From Pelagomonas calceolata (Eukaryota), in NCBI GenBank assembly GCA_918797485.1, contig CAKKNE010000001.1, positions 558,001 to 622,000 on the forward strand: a stretch of 64,000 nucleotides of DNA. Reading direction: 5' to 3'. Each line of letters begins with the position of its first letter. Positions within the stretch are counted from its first letter, which is position 1. The position numbers and the translations under genes are program-made. This document shows, in pieces, positions 51,720 through 61,449 of this stretch. Under the pieces are notes generated by a model that ran no database searches, was not told the DNA's origin, and was given only the letters and a program-made list of their open reading frames with translations.

Positions 51720-51789
51720 TGACCGACTGCTACGAGGCGTCGGCGGCGTCCGGGGGGCTGACCGACTGCTACGAGGCGTCGGCGGCGTC
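51720..51789. repeat. Direct repeat of about 31 bp (TGACCGACTGCTACGAGGCGTCGGCGGCGTC x2)
   Basis: Two identical copies separated by 8 bp. Confidence 0.85.
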
Positions 51790-52234
51790 GGCGGGCCGCT
51801 GCGCTACGCGGTTGTGCGCCGGTGAACAAAAGAGCCTGCTCTGACGACTGGCGCACGAGGGCCGGCTTCGTGAAAAGTGGCGGCGCAGCTCAATTTATCA
51901 CGGCAGGGTGGCCTCGTTGGCGGGTGGAGGTGGCTGGGTGTGTAGCCTCGGCCAAGCCTCGCCCGCGCAATGCGCTGTTTTGGACAGGTGCCAGCGGCTG
52001 ATGATTTGACGAAACCCTCAATTGAAGCCTCCAGGGCTCCTGTGCTGCCCCCTCAGACTCCCCTTTGCAGCAGACGCGTCAAAATTTGAATTGAACCAGC
52101 TAGCGTACAGGGACTCTAGGAGCGAGACTTGACCTCAGCTTTAAGCAGGCTGAGCTCAGGTAAGCAAGCCTCTGCTGCCGTCAAAAGCGCGCAGAGTGCG
52201 GCGCAGCAGTGCTGTCACAGTGCTGCAGGCAAAA

Positions 52235-54877
52235 ATGGCCAAAAAGAATAAGAGCAAGCCGTCCAAAAACGGCACCAAAGCTGCTGCAAGAGATGCCACC
52301 GCACCAAAGCCGTCGCGGAGCAGCATCTACGTCGCAGCCGCCGTCGCAGCGATCGCAGCCGTCGCCGCAGTGTTTCTCAACCGCGACGCGGCCACGGCCC
52401 ACGCGCAGACGATCCTGAAATGCTACGCGAGCAACGACTGTGCCGTGCCACTGCCAAGTTGCGGCGTCGTCACCGCACCAGCGAGCATCGCACCAGCGCT
52501 GCGGGCCAACGACGCCGTCCTGGTCGCCGCCGTAAGAAGCTCCACGACGACGCTCGTGCGCGCCGCGGGCGAGACGCCGCTCGCGACGGGAACGAACGCG
52601 AGCGCGATCGACCGCGCCTTGCTGGCTCTGGACGTCGAGTGCGGCACGAAAATAGCTACGACGACGTCGCCGCGCCTCAAACAGGTGCTCGCGGTCTTCA
52701 AGGAGGTGTCGGGGACGCAGGCGCGCGAGCCGGTGGTCGAGGCTCGGATAGCGCAGCTCCGGAAGCTCCTCAAGGATTCTGATGTTGATGTCAGGGGCGC
52801 GCTCGGCGTGGGCGGCTTCTTCGCGTCGGCGGCTTCAATGGAGACGGCCGACACGCCTCTGCTGCGCGCCGCGCGGAACTGCGACCCGCGGGCCACGATG
52901 GCTCTGCTCCAGCTCGGCGCGAATCCGCGCTTACGAGATGCCCGCGACCTACGCGCATTAGATCTGGCGCTGAAGTGCCAGGACCGCAACGTGTTTGGGG
53001 TGGCCAAGGTGCTTATCGACCACTGCGGCAAACCTTGCATCGACTTTGAGGACGAGACGACGCCCCACGACGGTCTCAATCCGATACACCGCGTGTTACT
53101 CTTGTGGGCGTCGTCGTGGTTTCCCACGCGGCCGGTCCAGAACCCGTCTCGACGCGGCGTCAGTTTCGTGCCTTCATCGACGCGAGAACACATGAGAGCA
53201 CGCGTCGCGCACTCAAACGCAAGGGCAAGCAGGATTTCTACCCTCTACGCCATCGATCGAGCGGACGTCGCGTCGATGGCGTGGGGCCGACGCGTGACGC
53301 GTCGACGGCGTACCCGTTCGTTCGTGATCCACGCGATAACACACGCGTGTGCTGGTGCTCGTGCGCCGTCGCTGGACGAGAGCACGCCACTTAAACGCAA
53401 GGAAAACGACGCGATGCCTCACAGGTGGAACATGATGCTCGCCTGGATGCTCGAGGCCGGCGCCGACGCGACGCAGCCGACGCGCACTCCCTCCAAAGAG
53501 GCGCCCCTGCACATCGCCTGCGCCAAACGAAATGTCAGAGCCTTAGAACTGCTGCTGGATTCATTGGAACGATCCCAGACCTTGCAAGGAGCTTTGACAC
53601 AAAAAGACGCCCTCGGCGGCTTCGCCCCCTTACATGTGTGTGGAGGCTCGTGGAAGATCTGGTCCGTCACGCTCCCGCGATTACTGGCGGGCGCCGGCGA
53701 GCTGAACACGCAGGCCTTGGATTTGGATGAGGCTTGCATTCCCCTCGTGCGGTCCTTGGCGACGAGCGACGGGCAGCCGGCGCTCGCGACCGCCGATGTT
53801 TTAGCGCAGTGCGGATTTTATGGGAGAGCCGTGGCGTTACTTGTCCAGAACGGTGCTCCCGTCGATGCGCGGGATTCTCAAAATAGAACCTTCCTCCACT
53901 TTTTGCACCCGCATTTGGTACGGGACGCGGCGTCGGCACTACCATCTATTGACGTGCCGTACAAGGACGTCATTAGTGGAGCCGTTTCAAAGCATCCGGA
54001 CGCTTTACAACTTCTAGCGGAGTCGCGCTTAGAAAGAGAACGGTGGCACGCACCTAAACAAGAACCCGCGCCGCACACCTCTTTCGACGCTTCTGATCAG
54101 AACTGTGATGAAGTAGTGGCCGTCGCGCATACGGATGATGAGGTACTGGATGCGATCCGCAACCACAGACCGGTGATACGCAGAGACGCGTTGGATGCAT
54201 CATGGAATAAAGCGAGAGAGGACTGGGGCGACCGCGCGCGCTTAGAAGCGTTAGGTGGCGGCGCTTTGGTGAGGAGCGGCCCCATCCCCTACGCGTCGGC
54301 CTTCGCAACCACCGAACGCGTGCTGACACTGCGGGAGGCCATGGCGCGGTCCGCCGACGAGTCGGCAAATGCGGAAACGCAGCGCAGAAAAAAGAAAGAC
54401 GTCGAAGCTCCGTCCTACGTCTTCGAGCAGATCCGGTGGGACGGTGTGAGTACGGACCATCCGCTGTTCGACGTCATCAAGGCGCGCGTCGGGGATTCCC
54501 CTGTCAGTGATATGATTATCCACGACGCGCAGTTCTTCGTCGGCTCGCGCTACAGCGGCGCCCCGGCGCACTACCATAGTCATGCCATGAATTTCCTAGT
54601 AAAAGGCAAGAAGCGGTGGCTGCTCTGGCCGCCGGCGTCGGCGTTATATTCTAGAGTGCCCGCCGTGTCGTGGTTGGACAGGAAGGATGCGAGAGCCTAC
54701 CAGTGCGTGCAGCCGGAGAACGCGTCGCTCTACGTCCCCGCGGGCTGGGGCCACGCCGTGCTCAACCTCGAGGACCACACGGTCGGCGTCGCTTTGGAAT
54801 TTCACGTGGAGGGGGAATTGGCCTGGTCCTTCGAATCTCGAGCGACGGATTTGGTGAGTGCGAGTAGGCGACTGTAA
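52235..54877 (+). CDS. Membrane-anchored ankyrin-repeat plus JmjC (cupin_8) dioxygenase; probable in-frame intron at about 53104-53424
   Basis: DTPLLRAA and EAPLHIAC ankyrins; QFFVGSRYSGAPAHYH, KGKKRWLLWPP, YVPAGWGHAVLNL. Confidence 0.87.
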   Translation: MAKKNKSKPSKNGTKAAARDATAPKPSRSSIYVAAAVAAIAAVAAVFLNRDAATAHAQTILKCYASNDCAVPLPSCGVVTAPASIAPALRANDAVLVAAVRSSTTTLVRAAGETPLATGTNASAIDRALLALDVECGTKIATTTSPRLKQVLAVFKEVSGTQAREPVVEARIAQLRKLLKDSDVDVRGALGVGGFFASAASMETADTPLLRAARNCDPRATMALLQLGANPRLRDARDLRALDLALKCQDRNVFGVAKVLIDHCGKPCIDFEDETTPHDGLNPIHRVLLLWASSWFPTRPVQNPSRRGVSFVPSSTREHMRARVAHSNARASRISTLYAIDRADVASMAWGRRVTRRRRTRSFVIHAITHACAGARAPSLDESTPLKRKENDAMPHRWNMMLAWMLEAGADATQPTRTPSKEAPLHIACAKRNVRALELLLDSLERSQTLQGALTQKDALGGFAPLHVCGGSWKIWSVTLPRLLAGAGELNTQALDLDEACIPLVRSLATSDGQPALATADVLAQCGFYGRAVALLVQNGAPVDARDSQNRTFLHFLHPHLVRDAASALPSIDVPYKDVISGAVSKHPDALQLLAESRLERERWHAPKQEPAPHTSFDASDQNCDEVVAVAHTDDEVLDAIRNHRPVIRRDALDASWNKAREDWGDRARLEALGGGALVRSGPIPYASAFATTERVLTLREAMARSADESANAETQRRKKKDVEAPSYVFEQIRWDGVSTDHPLFDVIKARVGDSPVSDMIIHDAQFFVGSRYSGAPAHYHSHAMNFLVKGKKRWLLWPPASALYSRVPAVSWLDRKDARAYQCVQPENASLYVPAGWGHAVLNLEDHTVGVALEFHVEGELAWSFESRATDLVSASRRL

Positions 54878-54903
54878 GTGTTTAGGCAATGGGTAGGGGA
54901 TTT

Positions 54904-55344
54904 CTAGACGTTCGTGCAGACGAAGACGTCGAACTTGTTGTCGATACTGATGAAGCCGTCGGGCTTCTCGGGCTCCACGGGCTCGGGGGCGGCCGGCGGC
55001 GGCGTCTGGGGGGTGAGGCAGTTGAGGCCCTCCGCGATGAGCGCGAAGGGCGCCGTCGCCGCGATGACGCAGTCGCGCTGGATGAACTCCACGAGCGGCG
55101 GCGCCTCGCGCATCGCGCGGAGCCGGTCTTCCGTCGCCTCCAACAAACTCTCGCAGCCCGTCGCCGCGGCGTCGAGGTGGGTGGAGACGCGGGCGCACGC
55201 GTCTTGGAGTAGAGGCGCGAGCGTCGGGCCGCAGAGGCCCTCGCAGATGCGGCGGCGCGCCGCGGCCTCTTCGGCTTGGAGCTTCTCGAGCTCGGCGTCG
55301 GGGAGCGGCTGCGTCGTGGCGAAGCAGAACTCGTCCCAGAGCAT
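54904..55344 (-). CDS. Hypothetical protein
   Basis: ATG ORF with coding-like codon bias; no family recognised. Confidence 0.55.
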   Translation of the reverse strand: MLWDEFCFATTQPLPDAELEKLQAEEAAARRRICEGLCGPTLAPLLQDACARVSTHLDAAATGCESLLEATEDRLRAMREAPPLVEFIQRDCVIAATAPFALIAEGLNCLTPQTPPPAAPEPVEPEKPDGFISIDNKFDVFVCTNV

Positions 55345-55992
55345 CCTGCGTGGCTTGCGTGGTATGATGCGGTGAAGGCGGCGGGGCAGCTTGCAATGGG
55401 CGGCTCTGACCACCAGAAAGTAGGCGATGCTGCGTCGCGCTACGAGGCGCGACGTCGTCCGGGGCAGCGCGGAAGCAGCCGTGGTAGCACGCGCGTCTTT
55501 GCGCGCCGTTGGGCAGCGCCGCTCGCGTGTTTCGCCTTCGGGTCAAGCTCGCAGCCAGCCACTCAAGTTTCGGCTCGGGTCGTGCCCGGAGATCACCTTC
55601 CCATGATACGAGAACTCTGGAGGTCGCGCTATGAGTGCTGATATACCGGCTCGCAAGGACGGCTCTCGAAACGTTTGCTAGTGTCTTGCAGCTAGCCCAT
55701 GCCTGCTTTTGCACGCTGCTTTTTGGCCAAAGCTCTGCAGGAGACGCATTCTGCACACTCAGGAATCGCGCACGCATCGCATCGATCGCTGCCGGCCGTC
55801 GCGCGCTGCCTGACGCGCTGCAAAGCCACAGCTCTCTGCCAGAGGCTGCAGCAGGCTGCCTCGTGCAGCGCACACGTCGCGTTTGCAAACTACTGCGCCA
55901 GCGCGATGCGCCTACTGCCGAAGCCGCAAAACACAAGTAGCTGGATGCGCTCGGCCCTCGCACGCACCTCATTAATAGGCCTCGCGCGGAGC

Positions 55993-57078
55993 ATGGCCAC
56001 AGCTCCAAAAAGGCGCGTGGCTGCGATGGAAGTCAACTTGGCCATGAATCTGGACGACGCGAAGTTGTATGGCCTCGAGGGCGGCTTCCGCCACGCCGGC
56101 AGCAGCTGCGGGCGCCACGTCGAGAAGCTTTACGTCGAGGGCCGATTGCAGGGCTCGCTGGAACGCGCGGCGACGGCCCTCTTTGACGGGACCGTCAAGC
56201 ACGCGCTCGTCGTGAGCGGCTTCTACGTGCTCCACGATCAATTGGAGGGCGCGACGGGCTCGTGCGAGACCGACGGTCCGCCGGGAGCTCTAGCGGTCGT
56301 GCGGGCCCTCTGCGCGCGCGGCGTGCAAACGTCCTTATACTGCGACGCGCACAACGGGCCCGTCCTGAAAGCGGGCTTCGACGCCATGATAGCGTACTAT
56401 GCAACCACGAGGCCCGCCGTCGCGGATCGATTAAGGAGCCACTGCCGCTGCGTCGACGTCCCCGACGGTGTCGATCATTTAGAGGCGCTCAAAGGCGCCC
56501 TGGAAAAGGCCTGGGAGGCAGCTGGCGAGGTCGACGCGCTCGTCGCCGTCGAGCGCCTGTCCGAGCCCTACCGCAACATCAGAGGACACGACCTCGCGGC
56601 GCACACGGAGCCCGTCGACGTGCTGTGGCCCCACGTCGACGGGTCGTCCTGTGGAGAGGCGCGGCGGAAAGCGGGCATTCGGGAGGACGCCGTCTCCGTC
56701 GGGATTGGGGATGGTGGCAACGAAGTCGGACTGGGGCGGGTCGCCCAGCTCGACGCCGTCGCTTCCTTATCGCCTGGCGAGGACTTCTGCGCGCTGGGCG
56801 TGAACGGCGCGCTGCGGGCCTGCGACCACCCGCTCGTCGCGACGGTGTCGAACTGGGGCGGGTCCGCGCTGGAAGCCGCGGCGCACGCGCTCTTCCCGAC
56901 CGCGTTGGACGATCTCGAGGCGGGCGTCGAGCGCGCGGTCCTCGAGGCCATCTGCGCGGCCGGCTCCGTCGACGGCAAGTACGTCGAGCGGCCGCTGTCG
57001 GTGGACGGCATGGCCTGGGAGCCGGTCCACCGGGAGTTCTACGAGATGCTGTGGGGGCTTGCTAAGGGTGAGTCATGA
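55993..57078 (+). CDS. D-glutamate cyclase-like protein (DUF4392)
   Basis: VVSGF, ETDGPPGA, LVAVER, VGIGDGGNEVGLG, VATVSNWGG, SVDG. Confidence 0.88.
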   Translation: MATAPKRRVAAMEVNLAMNLDDAKLYGLEGGFRHAGSSCGRHVEKLYVEGRLQGSLERAATALFDGTVKHALVVSGFYVLHDQLEGATGSCETDGPPGALAVVRALCARGVQTSLYCDAHNGPVLKAGFDAMIAYYATTRPAVADRLRSHCRCVDVPDGVDHLEALKGALEKAWEAAGEVDALVAVERLSEPYRNIRGHDLAAHTEPVDVLWPHVDGSSCGEARRKAGIREDAVSVGIGDGGNEVGLGRVAQLDAVASLSPGEDFCALGVNGALRACDHPLVATVSNWGGSALEAAAHALFPTALDDLEAGVERAVLEAICAAGSVDGKYVERPLSVDGMAWEPVHREFYEMLWGLAKGES

Positions 57079-57141
57079 CTTAAAGGTTCTAGCGGAATGA
57101 AGCGTCTCAAAGAAATATCTGGTGTGCATGCCGTCGGCTGC

Positions 57142-57807
57142 TCACTTCTTCTTGCCCGCCTTCGCATCCGGTGCGGTGAGAAGAATCGCCGCGACCATGA
57201 GCGCGGCCAAAAACACGAAGTCCCCCAGCATTTCGGGAGACGCCAGTCCGTGCGCGACGAATGTGGCCCATAGGTTCTGAATGCTCATGAGCGAGGCCAC
57301 TGCCCTGAGCACTGCCTTCTTGGTCGCGACGCTGGTCTGCAGCAGGGAAGCCCAGGCGCAGAGCAGCACCAGCGTCAGCGCAAGGTTCTTTCTCATTTCG
57401 ATCAAGAACACGTGTTCATCGAAGACAGGCAGGGAAGCAGCCCATGTTTGACAGGCAGGGGCGTGCTCCATAACGCCGGGAATAAAGCAGGGGAGCCGGA
57501 TCGGGAGGAAGAGACCTCCCGCCACCAGAAGGGAGATGTCGAGGGCGCGTGGCGGCTCCTCATCCTCGTCCTCCACGGGCTGCTCCTCGTCCTCGCGTTC
57601 GTGCTCCGGCACGCGTGTGTAGCGCCCGCTAAGCTCTTCGTACCGCAGGAAGCCGCGCCCGCGCAGCCGCCCGAGAAATCTCCCGATGTCTCGTTTTGAG
57701 TACTGAAGGAACTCTTCGGCGAGGTCATCAAGGCTGTAGCTGCTCTCCGTGTCGAAGTGGTCGTAAATCTGCTGCTGGCCCGGTGGCAATTGGTTGGCCA
57801 CGGGCAT
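57142..57807 (-). CDS. Hypothetical membrane protein with N-terminal winged-helix-like segment
   Basis: YSLDDLAEEF...IGRFLGRLRGRGFL; several C-terminal hydrophobic segments; ends KKK. Confidence 0.6.
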   Translation of the reverse strand: MPVANQLPPGQQQIYDHFDTESSYSLDDLAEEFLQYSKRDIGRFLGRLRGRGFLRYEELSGRYTRVPEHEREDEEQPVEDEDEEPPRALDISLLVAGGLFLPIRLPCFIPGVMEHAPACQTWAASLPVFDEHVFLIEMRKNLALTLVLLCAWASLLQTSVATKKAVLRAVASLMSIQNLWATFVAHGLASPEMLGDFVFLAALMVAAILLTAPDAKAGKKK

Positions 57808-58294
57808 GGTGCGCGTGTTTGGCTGCCCCGGGTGGGATGTTGCGGCTGCGAGTGCAGTGCTGGCACCTGCTGTGTTGCTGCGTGCGATTGCACGTCGGCA
57901 GAAGCAGTGAACTAGTGTACATACATACTAGCTTTCCCGAGGCAAAACCCGTCGGTTAAATTGAGGCTAGGCTAGGAGGCAGAGCCCTACGCTGTGCAGG
58001 CTGAGACGCTGTTTTGCAAAGCCTGTCACTGGCAGGCTGTGCACTGATTGCATAGCGCAGAGGTCGGCGCGCGCGGCGTCGCAAGGACACCAGCAGTAGC
58101 GCACAGCGTCCCAACCACAACAAAACAAAACGCGCCTCCTTCATCAGCATGTTCCACGACTCTACCGTTCGACGGCGCATGGGGTTTTGGCGCGAAGAGC
58201 CGCGCTGCAAAACGCAGCGCACGGCCGCGCGGTCGATCGCCTCTGATTAAAGACGGGGGCCGAGCGCCGCGACGGTCGGACAACACAGGTCGCC

Positions 58295-60838
58295 ATGGGC
58301 ATCAACAACTTCCACAAGTGGGTCGACGCGACGTTTGGGTGCACGCAGAAGGCGTCAAGGGTCGACTGCGAGGACCTGTTGGTGGATATGAATTCGCTCG
58401 TCCACGGCGCCGCCCGCAAAGCGAACACGCCGGCGCAAGCCCACAAGCTCATCCTCAAGCGACTCGAAGGGCTGCTCGACGAGCGGCGGCCGGGCCCCAC
58501 GGTGCGCGCGTCGCAAACGCTCGCTCTCTTCTCCGACGGACCCGCTCCTCTGGCCAAGCTCACGACGCAACGGGCGCGGCGGCTCCGCGGCCGGTCCGCA
58601 GCGCGAGCAGACGGCTACGACGAAGACGTCGTGGACGAGGCCAAGTTCACGACGCTGATGATCAGCCCCGGCACGGCGTTTTCGAGGGCGCTCGCCGAGC
58701 GCCTCGACGCCTGGGCGGCGAAGCGCCTCGCGAAGGGCCGCGGCTTCCGGAGGGTCGTCCTCAGCGACGCGTCCGTCGCCGGCGAGGGCGAATTGAAGGC
58801 CTTCGAGTACGCGGACACGTACGGAGACCGCGACGTCGTCGTGTACGGTGGTGATGCCGACTTAGTGGCCATGGCGCTTTCGCGGTGCCCTGTGTGGAAA
58901 TCAACCAGTGCGTCGGGTGCACCCGAGAATTCTTCACTAAGTCATTTCTCGGCGATGACGCGGCCGTCCTGGCTCGGTCGAGCGGAGAAGAGCCGGCATC
59001 GCCACGCCATCGAGCAGGCATCGCGTCGACGGCGTGGAGGACGACGCGATGATTCAGCACGAACGCGCCGTAAGATTTTGATTTCCACACAGGCGGTGCC
59101 AGCGACGAGGACGCTTGCGCATCCTGGACGAGAACGGGCGGCTCATAGACGTGAAGACTCTAGCGAAGCGCGTCGCGCCGGCGCACCCCTTAGACCTGGC
59201 CGTCTTGGCCATCGCCGGCGGCGGCAACGACTACCTGCCCGGGCTGCAACATTCCGCACCACACCTCTGGAGTGCGTTGAAAAAGAGTAAGGCGGGGCCG
59301 CTCTGGCGCGACGGCGCGCTGGACCGCGCGGCCTTCGCGGCTGTCCTAAAGGCGTTTGGCGAGTCGCGCGAAGGGAAGGGCGAGAGCGGCGATCTGCGGG
59401 AAGCGGCGCTCGGGCGGCGGCGCGCCGACGGCGCGCCGGCAGCTCCGCGGACCGTCATCACCACGTTAGAGCCAAGGCGGGCGGACCTCTGTAACGTCCG
59501 CGTGTTGCCGCCGCGGGACTTCGGTGACGTGGCGCGCGGCGCGGAGACTCTCACGTACCGCGTCCGCTGGCGGCGCGCCAACGGCGGGGCGTGGTGCGCG
59601 GCGCAAGCTTACGAGACCGGCGCGCCGCTCGACGCCGTTCCGCTCGAGACAATCAAACACGGCGTGCCCATCCGCGTGCCCGCCGGCGGCGGCGAGGTCG
59701 AGGTCTGCGCCTGTGTGGAAATCAACCAGTGCGTCGGGTGCACCCGACAATTCTTCACTAAGTCATTTCTCGGCGATGACGCGGCCGCTGAACGCGCCGT
59801 AAAATTTTGATTTCCACACAGGTCTGCGCGAGCGCGAAGAACAGTAAAGGTTGGGGCGCATCGCGTACTCAGAAGCAGCGGCGCGCGAAAAGCTTCTGTA
59901 TGGCGCTGGGCCCCGACGAACACGATGCGCACACGGCCGCGGAAATGAAGCGCCAGCCGGCCGCGGCCGAAACGCCGGCGAACGACGACGCTCCGGCGCC
60001 CGCGATCCCGGCTCCCATGAAGCGCGCCTGGGACGCGGCAGCTTGGTTGGACCAGCTCGAGTGGACCCTGGCCATGTACGTGCGCGGCCGTTGCGTGGAC
60101 TGGCGCCTGCTCTACGCGTACCCCGGCAGGCCGTCCGTCGGGGACCTCGTGCGGGCCTGCGGCGCGCCCGCCCCGAAGTGCGTACCGCGGCCGCCGATCT
60201 CGCCCGTCGCTGCGCTAGCTTGTTTGATTCCAGGGCGGTCCGCTGCGGCCTTATTACCGACGAAGGCGCGATTGCTCCTCGACGACGGCTCGCCCATCGC
60301 CAGTCTTTGGTGGGGGGCGAACGACGCCATCGACGTCGACGCTATTGAAGCCGCCGTCGACGAAGCGGTGCCTCCGGCTTGGGGTACGCCCGTGATCGTC
60401 GACGCCAAGGGCCGCACCGCTGTTAGGCTTCTTGCCGACGGCGCCGCAGCGTATCCGCCTCTGCCCCGAGCGCGTGGCGGCGGCGGCCGGGCGCCGCCGC
60501 CGCGCGGACGGGCACCACCGCCGCGCGGCCACCCTGTTCCGCCGCCGCGCGGTCCGCACGCCGCCGCGCCGTCGTATTCTGCGCCGCCCGTTCTCCATGC
60601 CATCGTTCCGCCACCGCCCGCTCACTTTACCGTCGTTCCACCGCCCGCCCCCTCGCTCGCAAAACGCCCGCCGCCTCGACATGGCCCTCCGCCGCCGCCG
60701 CCTCAACCCAAGCGCGGACGAGGCGGCAAGGGCCGCGGTCGAGGCCGTGGACGCGGCGACGCCGCGGCGGCGTATCGGCCGACGAGTAGCGGCGGCGGGG
60801 CGCGCGTGCCGCGGTCTCGCGGACGCGGCCGTTCGTAG
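58295..60838 (+). CDS. XRN-family 5'-3' exoribonuclease-like protein; interrupted by two introners
   Basis: MGINNFHKW, LVDMNSLVH, DGPAPLAKL..QRARR, ISPGT.F, GEGELK, YGGDADL, GNDYLP, WTLAMY...DW..LY; exons join in frame after introner removal. Confidence 0.9.
58890..59092 (+). mobile_element. Introner element copy C (203 bp); TSD GCGGTGCC; predicted intron 58882 (GC) or 58885 (GT) to 59092
   Basis: Same TIRs; TSD at 58882-58889 and 59093-59100. Confidence 0.95.
59711..59821 (+). mobile_element. Introner element copy D (111 bp, internally deleted); TSD GTCTGCGC; predicted intron 59703-59821
   Basis: Same TIRs; TSD at 59703-59710 and 59822-59829. Confidence 0.95.
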
Positions 60839-61119
60839 TTTGTTTGCTGTTCGTAACGTTTGTGAACGCGACCTGTCCATCTCGTGTTCCCCGCGCGCGG
60901 GAAAATCCCGCGAGCGCGATAGGAACCAATCCCACCGCGTCTGAGTCGCTAGCGAGCCGTGCTTCAGCTTTGGTAGACGTTCGATCTCGTCCGGAATTTC
61001 CGGCATAGCGCATTTCCCAGAGTGGGGGGGTCCTCGATGTGCAGACCCAGCATTCAGCATTCGCATTGCAAACCGGGAGCTCCACACAACCGCACAAGTC
61101 TGTTCAGCCGCCGCTACCA

Positions 61120-61392
61120 ATGGCCCCAACTCTAAAAATACGTACCCGCCTTGGCCCTGAGAGCTTCGGCCGCGCGAGTCGCGCGCCAAAAATACCTGTC
61201 TGCCTGGCCTCACTGCAGTACAAGGACTGGTACAAGGAAGATTGCACGGCGTGCACCGGCCCGTGCCGCACAGACGAAGCGCTCACGACGGACGAGGTGT
61301 ACAACGTCGACGATGGCGAGCCCTGGTCCGACGTCGCCGACGTCGCGCTCGTCCGTGGCACATACGACGGAGAGACGTTCGTCGCGGCCTAG
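61120..61392 (+). CDS. Small hypothetical protein (CxxC motif); 5' structure uncertain
   Basis: 3' half (YKDWYKEDCTACTGPC...) looks coding; start and possible intron unresolved. Confidence 0.35.
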   Translation: MAPTLKIRTRLGPESFGRASRAPKIPVCLASLQYKDWYKEDCTACTGPCRTDEALTTDEVYNVDDGEPWSDVADVALVRGTYDGETFVAA

Positions 61393-61449
61393 CTGCTCAA
61401 ACCTTCACAAGAAATCGCTCCCCCCCCGTCGCATAAGTACCTGGTACGA

